Assembly (NCBI GenBank): GCA_963659855.1
Contig: CAVKVK010000001.1
Location: 18,850-82,849 of the forward strand
Length of the DNA stretch: 64,000 bases
Direction: 5' to 3'
From: Parabacteroides distasonis
Lineage (GTDB): Bacteria > Spirochaetota > Spirochaetia > Treponematales > Treponemataceae
The stretch's first letter is position 1. Each line of letters begins with the position of its first letter. The translations under genes were made by a program, and so were the position numbers. The notes beneath the pieces were generated by a model. The model ran no database searches. It saw nothing but the letters and a program-made list of their open reading frames with translations, and had not been told where the DNA came from. Positions 38,871 through 48,200 of the stretch are shown here, piece by piece.

Positions 38871-38940
38871 ACGTTTAATAAAATTCCGCTGGAAAAGTAA
38901 ATTTTTATGTTTGCTTTACCACAGGCTTTACAACAGCCTG

Positions 38941-39198
38941 CTATCTTGAGATTGAATTCTGCCAGCTGTTTGCATTTGTACGCTCCTGGATTTCCCTTTT
39001 TCCGAAAACGCCGAAGCCATTTCCGCCTGCAGCCTGAAATTCCCAGCCTTCCTTTCCGAGCTTGTTAAGATATGCGTTGAAAGAGCCTGAGAATTTCTCG
39101 ATATGCTCCAGGCGGCCGTTTGCCGTTGTGTAGCCGGTTTTTGCGTCATTGTATGACTTGACCACAGTCTCCGGCGTCATGTACTCGAATTGTTTCAT
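38941..39198 (-). CDS. Small DUF4177-like protein
   Basis: 'FEY' start and 'LNKLGKEGWEF' motif. Confidence 0.55.
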   Translation of the reverse strand: MKQFEYMTPETVVKSYNDAKTGYTTANGRLEHIEKFSGSFNAYLNKLGKEGWEFQAAGGNGFGVFGKREIQERTNANSWQNSISR

Positions 39199-39207
39199 TT
39201 TTGTCTC

Positions 39208-40437
39208 CTATCGTTCTATGTTTGTGCCACGTTTTTTCAATGAGTTTTCATGGTGATTTTCAAAAAGCATTTCAGTCTCTTTTATTCTTGAATCCAGTGT
39301 TCTGCACAAAATTTCCGCACGCTCCGGCTCGATGTATGGATTTTTCGATATGAGCTTTCCGAAGAATTCTGAAATGCCGTCTAGTTTCTCAAACTTTAAA
39401 TCCGAGCAGTATTTCTTAAATGGAATCTTTTTCATCTGCTCTTTCTGGTTTGGGGCGAACGGCTTTGCCTTTATTTTTGATGATTCACGCAGGTATGGAT
39501 TTTTTAGGTTATAAAGGATTTCATCATGGAACATTGATGTTCCGCTGTCGAACAATGGAGCAAGTCCGAGCCATTCAAGAGTGTCAGGATTCCTTAAAAA
39601 TCCGAAGTTGTTGTAGTGCCTGTCTGTGTTGGCAATTATAAAGTCAACCGTGAGCATATTGCAGATTCCCTGCTTCAGTTTTTCAGTGTCCTTGAATCCA
39701 AGTTCCCTGCAGCAGTTTATAAGATGGCTGAAATTTGAAGTGTTGTTGTCTTTCTTTTTAGTGTTGACGATGTGCCATGCTGGAACAAGTTCTGTCTGTG
39801 GCGTTACAAAGTCCGGGCATGATGAGTAAAATGTTTCATCATTTTTTAGGATTTTATATTCAACGTGTTCTATTCCAAGTCTGCCGCAGATTTCTGATGC
39901 CAGAACTTCATTAAAAGGTTCCTGCTGCCAAAGGCTTCCAGCCTTTAAAAGAATCCTCTCGTCGTTGTTTATAATCCATTTTTTCTTGAGCCAGCCGTCA
40001 GATGTGTTGTCCGGGGAAATAAGGTTCAGCTTGTCCGTGCTGTCTGAATTCAATACTCCGAAAAGGGCTTTTCCTACATCATCAGAAAAATTGTTTTGAA
40101 AGAAATTCACGTTTTTCCATGACAGGCTGCTTGCTGAAGGCTTTGCCCAGTAGTGGTCGGAAAGGCTAAGTCCGTAACTTTTTTCTATAAGATAGTCCGT
40201 GGTGATGTTTCCAAGCTGCTCAAGGGCAGTGTCAAGATTCTGGCGGCTCGCAGGAATTGAGCGGCTTTTCCACCAGGAGCGGAACTGGCTTTTTAATGTC
40301 TTTCCTTTTTCATTGTCCGGCGATATTCCGACCGGAAGATGTTCCATGCAGATGACTTCTGAAACCTCTGAAATTTCCTCATCCTCGGTTGAGAATCTTA
40401 AAACTGGAATATCCTTGTGGCAAAGAATGTAGTTCAT
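39208..40437 (-). CDS. HipA-like kinase toxin
   Basis: TSDGWLKKKW, LLK, NEVLASEI, DFIIANTDRHYNNFG, LAPLFDSG. Confidence 0.85.
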   Translation of the reverse strand: MNYILCHKDIPVLRFSTEDEEISEVSEVICMEHLPVGISPDNEKGKTLKSQFRSWWKSRSIPASRQNLDTALEQLGNITTDYLIEKSYGLSLSDHYWAKPSASSLSWKNVNFFQNNFSDDVGKALFGVLNSDSTDKLNLISPDNTSDGWLKKKWIINNDERILLKAGSLWQQEPFNEVLASEICGRLGIEHVEYKILKNDETFYSSCPDFVTPQTELVPAWHIVNTKKKDNNTSNFSHLINCCRELGFKDTEKLKQGICNMLTVDFIIANTDRHYNNFGFLRNPDTLEWLGLAPLFDSGTSMFHDEILYNLKNPYLRESSKIKAKPFAPNQKEQMKKIPFKKYCSDLKFEKLDGISEFFGKLISKNPYIEPERAEILCRTLDSRIKETEMLFENHHENSLKKRGTNIER

Positions 40438-40459
40438 TTTTGTCTCCTGCTGAAAGTTT

Positions 40460-41200
40460 TTATTTTTTTGAAACCAGCTTTATAATTTCTTTTGCGGCTT
40501 CCTCGACTGTCTCTTCTGCTGCTTTTCCCAGGACAAGCGGATTTTCCTTGTTTGTGAATGAGGTGATTCTGCACACCTGAACATTTCCGCTGACATTGCA
40601 GCCGCATACGAGCGGAATTCCGTTTCCATCGGAAGTTATAGGGCAGGCGATGAAAGCTCCGTTTGTCTCGTTCGATTCCTTTTCAGAGAGAACAAGAAAA
40701 TTCCTTCCATTTATGCTTGCAATGTCTCCGCGCTCCGGAACTGTATTTTTCTTTTCTGCCTCGTCTGACGGAATGAAGAACTCAATGGGATTCACTTCGC
40801 CGCATGTCTGCCTGATGAATGTGAGATTCGGCTTTTTTCTGCCGATTATGATGTTGTACGCCTGGATTTCCGTGAGCCCGTATTTTTTTGCCATTTCCCT
40901 GTAGTCCTTTTTGTGTGCAGCCACATATCTGCATTCCTTTCCCGGCTCAAGCGGAAGAACTGTCTGCGCCTCGTATGGAATCTTCTCGTCTGTGTAGAAA
41001 AGCCATTCAATAGGGGAGATAAGGTTCGACATGGAGCATACAATCGGATATGACGGAAGCTTTTCGCCGGTCGCAAGCTTGTATATTGTCGAGTGCGACA
41101 GTCCGTTCTCAAGACACCATTTCCTTAGTTTTCTCTCCTCAATCAGCTTTATCAGCTTCTTCTGCGCATACGTGATTCGTTCCGGGATTTCCTTTAGCAT
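40460..41200 (-). CDS. HTH (XRE-like) regulator fused to a PemK/MazF-like domain
   Basis: Two HTH-like segments; C-terminal PERGDI...R.FLVLS...N......IACPITS. Confidence 0.6.
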   Translation of the reverse strand: MLKEIPERITYAQKKLIKLIEERKLRKWCLENGLSHSTIYKLATGEKLPSYPIVCSMSNLISPIEWLFYTDEKIPYEAQTVLPLEPGKECRYVAAHKKDYREMAKKYGLTEIQAYNIIIGRKKPNLTFIRQTCGEVNPIEFFIPSDEAEKKNTVPERGDIASINGRNFLVLSEKESNETNGAFIACPITSDGNGIPLVCGCNVSGNVQVCRITSFTNKENPLVLGKAAEETVEEAAKEIIKLVSKK

Positions 41201-41265
41201 ACTGTTTCCTTCCGCAAAAAATTAAATATTGATTCAGCTACAATATATTGCAAAAACGGCTTGAT

Positions 41266-41973
41266 TTACAAGTTCTTTTCAGATTCAAGCAGTTTTATGA
41301 CGCGTTCTTTCCATACGAAATGAATCGGTTCGAGTAGCTGGCATGAAATTCTCGCGTAGATTTTGTTTTCTGTCTTCTTGAGCTGGGAATGGACTTTGTG
41401 GCATTTCAGGACTATTGTCTGCTCCGGGCTGACAAAATTAAGCATGACATTGAAGCTGTCGCAGTCCTTCATTCTCTGGTCGGAACAGGGCGTGATTATG
41501 CAGATTCCGTGTATGCTCGCGTCAACGACTGCGCACGGCTGCTGCATTTTTATTCCGTTTATAAAGGCTGTCTGCTCTGGAGATGAAAGTCCGAACCTTG
41601 CGGAGTTTCTCTTTCCGATTTCAATGCGCTCCTCTTTTCTGCGTCCGTATTTTATGTATTTCTCGTCAAGGTCTTCAAGTGCGGCGATAAATGCGGCCGT
41701 CTTTTCTTTTTTTTTCGAGCCTGAAATTTTGATGTCGCAGAAGTCCTCGCCTGATTCAATCACAGCCGCGTTGAATTCTTCGCTCTCTCCGTCTGAAAAA
41801 TTTATCTGGACTGAAATCTGCTCGTTTTCCATAAAGCCATGATTCTGTAGCATTGAGAAAGTCCAGATTTCAGAAGAGAATCTTGTGAGAAAGCTCATTA
41901 TGTCCGCTCCGTCTTTTCTTATGACTATTGACGACACTTTGAGCCACTCAAGAATTTCCTTTGTGATATTCAT
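41266..41973 (-). CDS. PilZ-domain protein
   Basis: RRKEER (RxxxR) and DASIHG (DxSxxG) c-di-GMP-binding motifs. Confidence 0.65.
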   Translation of the reverse strand: MNITKEILEWLKVSSIVIRKDGADIMSFLTRFSSEIWTFSMLQNHGFMENEQISVQINFSDGESEEFNAAVIESGEDFCDIKISGSKKKEKTAAFIAALEDLDEKYIKYGRRKEERIEIGKRNSARFGLSSPEQTAFINGIKMQQPCAVVDASIHGICIITPCSDQRMKDCDSFNVMLNFVSPEQTIVLKCHKVHSQLKKTENKIYARISCQLLEPIHFVWKERVIKLLESEKNL

Positions 41974-42430
41974 TTTTTCTTCCTCCGTGTTCCCTGAATT
42001 TTCTGTAGAGGTACATCACATCGCTTCTTTTTGCTCCGCAGAACTGAATCAGAAACGCCAGCCTGTACCAGAAGATAGTCGGAAACTTGAACACCTTGTA
42101 CTCGTCCTCCTGGGTCAGAAGCCACACGCATCTTTTCAGATGGTCAACTTTCCGTCCCCTTGCTGTAAAGATAAGGCACAGCTTCTCGTCTATTCCCGGA
42201 AGAGAAATCGCCTCTCCGTCCTTTTCAGATTCCCAGCCCGTAACAATGTATGCCCGGCGGAAACGCTCGAATGTGTAGAAAAGCACGATGACGCTTCCTC
42301 CGGCATATTTAAAATGCACGAAGTCAGAGTCTTTTCCCACATGGGGAACATCTATGAGGAATCCTTTCGCATAAAGTGTGTACGGCAGCTTCTTTCCATA
42401 AGGAACGTCGACTGTGATGTTGTATCTCAT
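41948..42430 (-). CDS. Hypothetical protein (probably leaderless)
   Basis: TTGTAG-N17-TATAAT ends 7 nt before the ATG. Confidence 0.55.
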   Translation of the reverse strand: MRYNITVDVPYGKKLPYTLYAKGFLIDVPHVGKDSDFVHFKYAGGSVIVLFYTFERFRRAYIVTGWESEKDGEAISLPGIDEKLCLIFTARGRKVDHLKRCVWLLTQEDEYKVFKFPTIFWYRLAFLIQFCGAKRSDVMYLYRKFREHGGRKNEYHKGNS

Positions 42431-42654
42431 TTAGGAAATTATATCAAAATATTTCTAAAACTACAAAAATTATCTTGAAATATTTACTAAATTGCAGTAT
42501 ATAGGAATTGTTTGTAAAGAAATAAATATTTTGTTTTCTTTGCAATATTCCTGTCAGGAATGGTAATATTTCGGTTTTTCAGTCTAATTAAGCTGTGTCC
42601 GGCACTCCTAGCACACAGTCCGGCTGGAATTCCATAGTGGAAAGGAGGCGCACA

Positions 42655-43401
42655 ATGTCAGACGCCATATCTTTAAATCCTTCAAAAAACGAGTGGTTCG
42701 GCTCTATTGTTCCGAGGCACACCGCAAAGCTCATCAACCAGGGAATCGAGGACAATTCCCTTCCGCTTCTTCCAGGCAAGGACGGAAAAATTGAAATCAC
42801 GCCTATTTATAATGCGAACAACGGCTGGGTTCTGAACGCGAAAGACCTTGTTCCGGCTCAGATTACAAGACAGAAAGCTGGCTACGAGAGCAATATTGTC
42901 GCGACAAAGAATTCAATTGACAAGGCTGGGACACGAGTGAAGTCCGGCGAGAAGGGGCTTTTCTACAACTTCAAGAATCAGGAGGGCGAGTTCCGCCATT
43001 CCCAGTATTTCTTTGCAGAGCAGCTTGAGCATCCGGACCGCCTTGTTGAAAGCGCAAAAATCCGCCAGCCGAACAAGCTTCAAAAAGAGACATTGAAAAT
43101 TGACTCCGCAGAAAACTATCTTCCGATGTACATTGCCGCCTGCAAGAGCGGAGCGGGACTTGAGGTTTCACCTGAAGTTGCGGAGCGGTTCAAAAAAAAT
43201 ATTTCGGCAATGTGCAAAAACGAGCTTGCAAAGACCCCTGCGGAAAAAACTCCCGGTTTGCCGTCTCTGAATGAATTTCTCTACAACGCTGATGTCAAGG
43301 CGAACGAGATTGTTAAGTCAATTGAAAAGGAAAAAGGTCTTGCTCCCCGGCATAAAAAAGACGAGCGGAGAATCGACCGCAGCGAATCGATGACCTATTA
43401 G
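42655..43401 (+). CDS. ArdC-N-like ssDNA-binding domain protein
   Basis: P.YN...G......L......GY......T......G..VK.GEKG pattern; AAGGAGG RBS. Confidence 0.55.
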   Translation: MSDAISLNPSKNEWFGSIVPRHTAKLINQGIEDNSLPLLPGKDGKIEITPIYNANNGWVLNAKDLVPAQITRQKAGYESNIVATKNSIDKAGTRVKSGEKGLFYNFKNQEGEFRHSQYFFAEQLEHPDRLVESAKIRQPNKLQKETLKIDSAENYLPMYIAACKSGAGLEVSPEVAERFKKNISAMCKNELAKTPAEKTPGLPSLNEFLYNADVKANEIVKSIEKEKGLAPRHKKDERRIDRSESMTY

Positions 43402-43515
43402 CAACAGGCGAAGTTAACCACAGTTCCCACAATCCTACAGGCTTTTTCTTTAGCCTTCCGTCATGTGGAAACTGATGGATAACTTTTTTATTTTTCAATG
43501 AGCGGATGAAAATAT

Positions 43516-44253
43516 ATGGCAGATGAACGAGAAAATCTTGAGCTTTTTTCAAGGCTTGCCGCTGTTCTTGACGAGGGAACTGTCTACACGGCGAGCAATA
43601 AGATGCTTGGGGAAATTCAGCTTAGGCATGGAAACAAGTCAACCGGTCTTGTGCATATCATAAACCGCCGTTATGAGGAGCGTGTCTTAAACAAATCTGT
43701 TCAGATGCCTCTGGAGGATGCGCAGAAAGAAATCACTGCAATATGCTTTCTTGTAGCGGACAGCCTTAACAAAGGAGTTGCATCACAAACTCCACGCGGA
43801 AACTGGGAAATAGAAAAAGGCGGAATAAAAGCAATCATCAATAAAGACAGAGAAGGAAAATTTGTTCTTACAGGATTTGATGACAAGAAAAACAAGGCGG
43901 AAGCGACAGAATCCATAAAAGCGGGAATCGCAAATTATGGCTACACGCCTGAGTTTCTCGATATGTACGCTCAGGTGGGAGCTGTCATTGCTTCCTATGG
44001 GCATAGTACATCACAAACTCCACAAAAGTCAAATGAAAATTCTGGGCAGAATTTCCTTGAGGGCTGCGTAAAGATTGAAGTGAACGGCAAGGAGCGTGAA
44101 TGCAAAAACGGCGTCCTTGAGGGCTTCAAGAATGCTGTCAAGCTCGTTGACCGGCTTATGGATGTTAACCACCAGCTTGCGGACGAAAACGAAAAGCTAA
44201 GAAACCAGATTCACAATCAAAACAAAAACAAGAAAACGGACATTGAGAGGTAA
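43516..44253 (+). CDS. PBECR (barnase/colicin E5-like) nuclease-domain protein with conserved C-terminal tail
   Basis: G...GLVHII..R...FVLTGFD. Paralogous to the 57240-57640 domain. Ends KKTDIER. Confidence 0.6.
   Translation: MADERENLELFSRLAAVLDEGTVYTASNKMLGEIQLRHGNKSTGLVHIINRRYEERVLNKSVQMPLEDAQKEITAICFLVADSLNKGVASQTPRGNWEIEKGGIKAIINKDREGKFVLTGFDDKKNKAEATESIKAGIANYGYTPEFLDMYAQVGAVIASYGHSTSQTPQKSNENSGQNFLEGCVKIEVNGKERECKNGVLEGFKNAVKLVDRLMDVNHQLADENEKLRNQIHNQNKNKKTDIER
43885..43998 (-). ncRNA. Candidate embedded antisense sRNA B (three-stem junction)
   Basis: TTGACT (44027-44032), 16-nt spacer, TGTACT (weak -10). Stems GGAAGC-GACAG/CTGTC-GCTTCC, CCATAA/TTATGG and CCTGAG/CTCAGG. Confidence 0.5.
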
Positions 44254-44257
44254 ATCC

Positions 44258-45190
44258 ATGACAAATTTTGCTTCGGACTGGAAGAATTTCAACTCGAACG
44301 GACTGAGCGCGGAACAGTTTTTCTATGACCAGCTGTATAAGTCGTTTGCTGAGAACACAAAAAACGGAACGCTGCCGTTTTTCAGCAGAGAGCCGGATTC
44401 TGTTCCTAGGGAGCTTTCCACTGGAAAAATCATAAACGATGAGAATCTTATTGTTTTGGAGCAGGTTGCAGCCAGAAGAGGCTACAAGTCCAATGTCTGG
44501 ATTTACGGAAACGAGCTTAACCGCATCCAGAAGGAGACCGGACCTCTCAACTGGAAAAGGAACGCCTCTCCTGTTCTGTGCCAGACAAAATATTTCGGTG
44601 CGACACATCTCAACGAGCAGAATCTTTACATCTCGGAAGGCGGCTCAAAACAGAAGAACCAGTATCTGTACAACATAGACTCTCTTGACGAGCGTTCACG
44701 CAAGGCGGTGCTCAAATATTACGAGCGGACGCAGGAAGTGAACAGCGCATATCAAAAAGAGAACCTGAAATCGTTCATGTCGAACTGCCTTGAAAATCCC
44801 GGACACAATGAGAATTTTGCGAAGGCGCGTGAGCGTGTGAAGAAATACAGCAGCATTGACGGAATTGATTTTTCCGCCGCAGTTGACTGCCATTTCAAGC
44901 ACTGCCTTCAAAATTCCGTTGGCAACGGACTCAAGGACAACAGGGATGCAAACAGGAATTCATGCTACCAGCAGTGCATGGAGCTTGTGAGGAAAGTCGA
45001 GAGCGGAGAGTACAAGCCCTATGAAGCCGGACGGAAAATCGCACGCGCGCTTGAAAGCGGAACTGAATTCCAGAGGATTGCGGTCGCGAAAAACTACAAC
45101 CTTGAGAACGCAAAGAAAATCGAGGAGCTGAAAGTCGCCGAGGCGAACATAAACAGGCCTTACAGACGTCGCTCAGACATCGAGCGGTAA
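44258..45190 (+). CDS. ArdC-N-like domain protein
   Basis: GTLPF...P..LSTGK....EN...L......GYKSN.W pattern. Ends RRRSDIER. Confidence 0.55.
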   Translation: MTNFASDWKNFNSNGLSAEQFFYDQLYKSFAENTKNGTLPFFSREPDSVPRELSTGKIINDENLIVLEQVAARRGYKSNVWIYGNELNRIQKETGPLNWKRNASPVLCQTKYFGATHLNEQNLYISEGGSKQKNQYLYNIDSLDERSRKAVLKYYERTQEVNSAYQKENLKSFMSNCLENPGHNENFAKARERVKKYSSIDGIDFSAAVDCHFKHCLQNSVGNGLKDNRDANRNSCYQQCMELVRKVESGEYKPYEAGRKIARALESGTEFQRIAVAKNYNLENAKKIEELKVAEANINRPYRRRSDIER

Positions 45191-45220
45191 AAAAAATAAA
45201 AAAATTAAGAGGAGAACAAC

Positions 45221-48200
45221 ATGGCTAACATACATTTTGAAATTTTTGACAATGCGGATTTTGGAAACAAGAACATCCGTTTTTCTGAAGCGCCTGCACA
45301 GGAGCAGAGAGATTTCCTAAAGCAGAACGGATACAGCTTTACCACACAATACGGCGGCGTATGGTATCCGCGAACGCAGGAAGCGAAAGACAGAAATGCG
45401 GACTTCGTGAATGAATTTGCGGAAAAGTTTTATCCTGAAACCAGCAAAAAAACACAGAGCGATATGATTGACCAGATTGCAAAACAGGCGCTGGAAAAGA
45501 ATTCGGCGGAAAATGATTCTCACAGCAATGATGACAGAATCGCATATCTTGAAAATCTCATCGCCGAGCTGAAAGAGGAAAGAAGACACGACCTTGAAAG
45601 AATTTCACGTCTTGAGGCTGCCCTTGAAAATCAGAATGAAAAAGATACAAGGCTTGAGATGCAGATTGAGCAGGACGAGCTTAACAGTGAGGCTGAATGG
45701 GAAAAGGAAAACACTCTTACAGACGAGGAAGAAAACGCATACATTGAAAAACAGTCCGAAACCAATATTTTCTCAGAAAAAATAGAAATCACTTCTGGAA
45801 TGATGGATGCCTTGTACGAGGCAGCTGAAAAAGAATCTATGTCAGACGAGCCGCAGGCTGAGAAAGAAATTCTTCATGGCCAAGAAGAGCCTGATGAAGA
45901 TGACTTGACTGTCTCACCAAAAGAGCTTGCAGCCGCAAAATCAGTGCTTCCGACAGTCCAGTATGTCTCGACATTGAAATTCGCGCAAGGCGAGGAGAGA
46001 GAATTCTTTGTCCACAAGATTAAGGAAATTGCGGCTGCGGTGGAAAATGCTCCAAAAATCAATGAGACGGACGGTCTTGAAGAACACCGGATTGTTCTCC
46101 GGTATTTCCATCCGAGCGGAACCCAGTCATTTGTTACAGAAATCGGAAGGGACGGAAACGCATATGGCTTCCAGTGTCTTAATGATGACTGGGAGAACGC
46201 GGAGTGGGGCTATCTTAATCTTGACGAGCTGAAGAATATCCGCGGAATGGAAGTTGACTTTCATGTTCCGGCCGGAATGACTGTAGAAAAGTTTATACAA
46301 AAGGAAAATGCAGAGCAGTATTCAGCGGAAAATGAAACGTCAGAAATTCCAAATGAGGCAAGAATTACATGGAACGATATTTTGCAGGTTGCGGAAGGCT
46401 CTCATTGGAACGACGAGGCGAATAGCGTTTACAACAATGCAAGAAATCAGCTTGCGGAATACGCAAAAAATCTTGGAGTTGACATTGAAAACTCAGAAAG
46501 TCCGGAAGAGTCTGCTGAAACTTTTGCGGCAGCACATGGAGAAATTTCATTTTCAAAAGACGGAAGCCTTGTAATTGATGAAATTGAAAACTCTTCTGCC
46601 AGGGATTTGGAAAAAAAAGGAAATCATGAGAAACCAGTTTCTGAGTTTTCTGCTGATGAGGCAAGCCGACTTTCGGAAGAAAAATATGGATTTTACTTTG
46701 AATATAGCGATGATGAAGAAGTCGCGGATATTTATTCTGCAAAAGACGGAGATTTTGTCGGAAGCTATGGTGAGGATGGTTTCGGCTATGCTGACGATTT
46801 GAGCGGCAATGCACCGTCAACAAAAATTCCGGACGAGAATTTCCGTGAGGTGCTGGAGCTTGCGGAAATTTTCTATCATAAAAAATCAGAAGAGTATGAA
46901 AATCTGATTGAAGCCGAAAACGGCCAGATGATGACTTCTGCTGAAGCATACGAATGGAATGAAGAGCAGAAAATGCAGCATTCTCAGGAGAATGATGAGC
47001 GAGAAGCAGAAGAAGCAAACAAAGATTTTGAACTAACAAAAAGACTTAATGAAATCGTCTCTGAAATAAAGAATTCAGATTTTACACTTGAATCAAAATA
47101 CGAAAATGGAAAGCACGAAATTGTTCTTATAAACAAGGACGGAGCTGAAATTTTCAGTGCGCGAGAAAATGACAACATTGTGATTCCTGTGGAGCATACA
47201 ATTGCGGCCTGGGCAAACGATGAGGCTTCTGAAAAAGCAAAAAGCCTTGCCGATGAATTTTTCAATCTGGTCTGCGAGGACAAAATCCGCGGCGGCGACT
47301 ATGTGAATGCGGTTTTCAAAAAAGAAGAAACTGAAATCTCTCAAAAAGAAATTGAGCAGGAAAAAGCATCTATTCAAAGAAAAATCCAGCAGTTAAAAGA
47401 TGAACTGAATAATCCAGATAATCAGAAAGGCGGAGCTTATTATGATGAGCAGCAGGATTCTCAAGTAAAAGAATACCTAGAAACTCTTGAGAACTTGACG
47501 GACGAAGATATAAAGAATCAGATTCTTTGGAAAAAAGAAACCCAGAAAGAAAATCAAGAAACTCATAATCGTGTTGTTGAGCAAATGATGGAAGAGAAAG
47601 AGAAAAATGAAACTCCTCAAGAAGGTGAACTTTTTTCTTATAATGAAAAGAATCCGATATATTCTGTGGGCAATAAGGAAACACAAACAGAAACCGCAAT
47701 TCAACCGACTGGCAATCTTTCTGAAAATGTCAAAAAACTAGGAAGCCTAAAAACTATCTCAGAGGCAGACGACATAATCGAAAAAATCAAGTCTTCTGGA
47801 TTTGATATTCTTTCAACAGAAAGCAGAATAATCATATTCGATGAAGACAAATACTATGATTTTAATCGTGCAACCAGCTATTTCAACTATGAAACAAAAA
47901 AAATTGAATTTGACCTAGACAGAAGAAATTTGAATGAATGGGATTTTAGGGATTATATAAAGAACGGTCTGAAAATCACAAAGCGAATGAAGGACTTTGC
48001 AAAAATCGAGAACCGTAATGTTTCAGAAGAAGAAAAGGCAATAGACAAGACTGAGAAAAATCAGGCAGCGGCTGAAAATCCTGAAACAAACTATTTTGTA
48101 AAATCAACAGCGGAGTTCTCTCAGTTTGAAGATTTTAAACCGATTACTGGACTTACCGCAGACGAGGCTGTTGCAAAATATTCTGAATTGCAGCAGCAGA

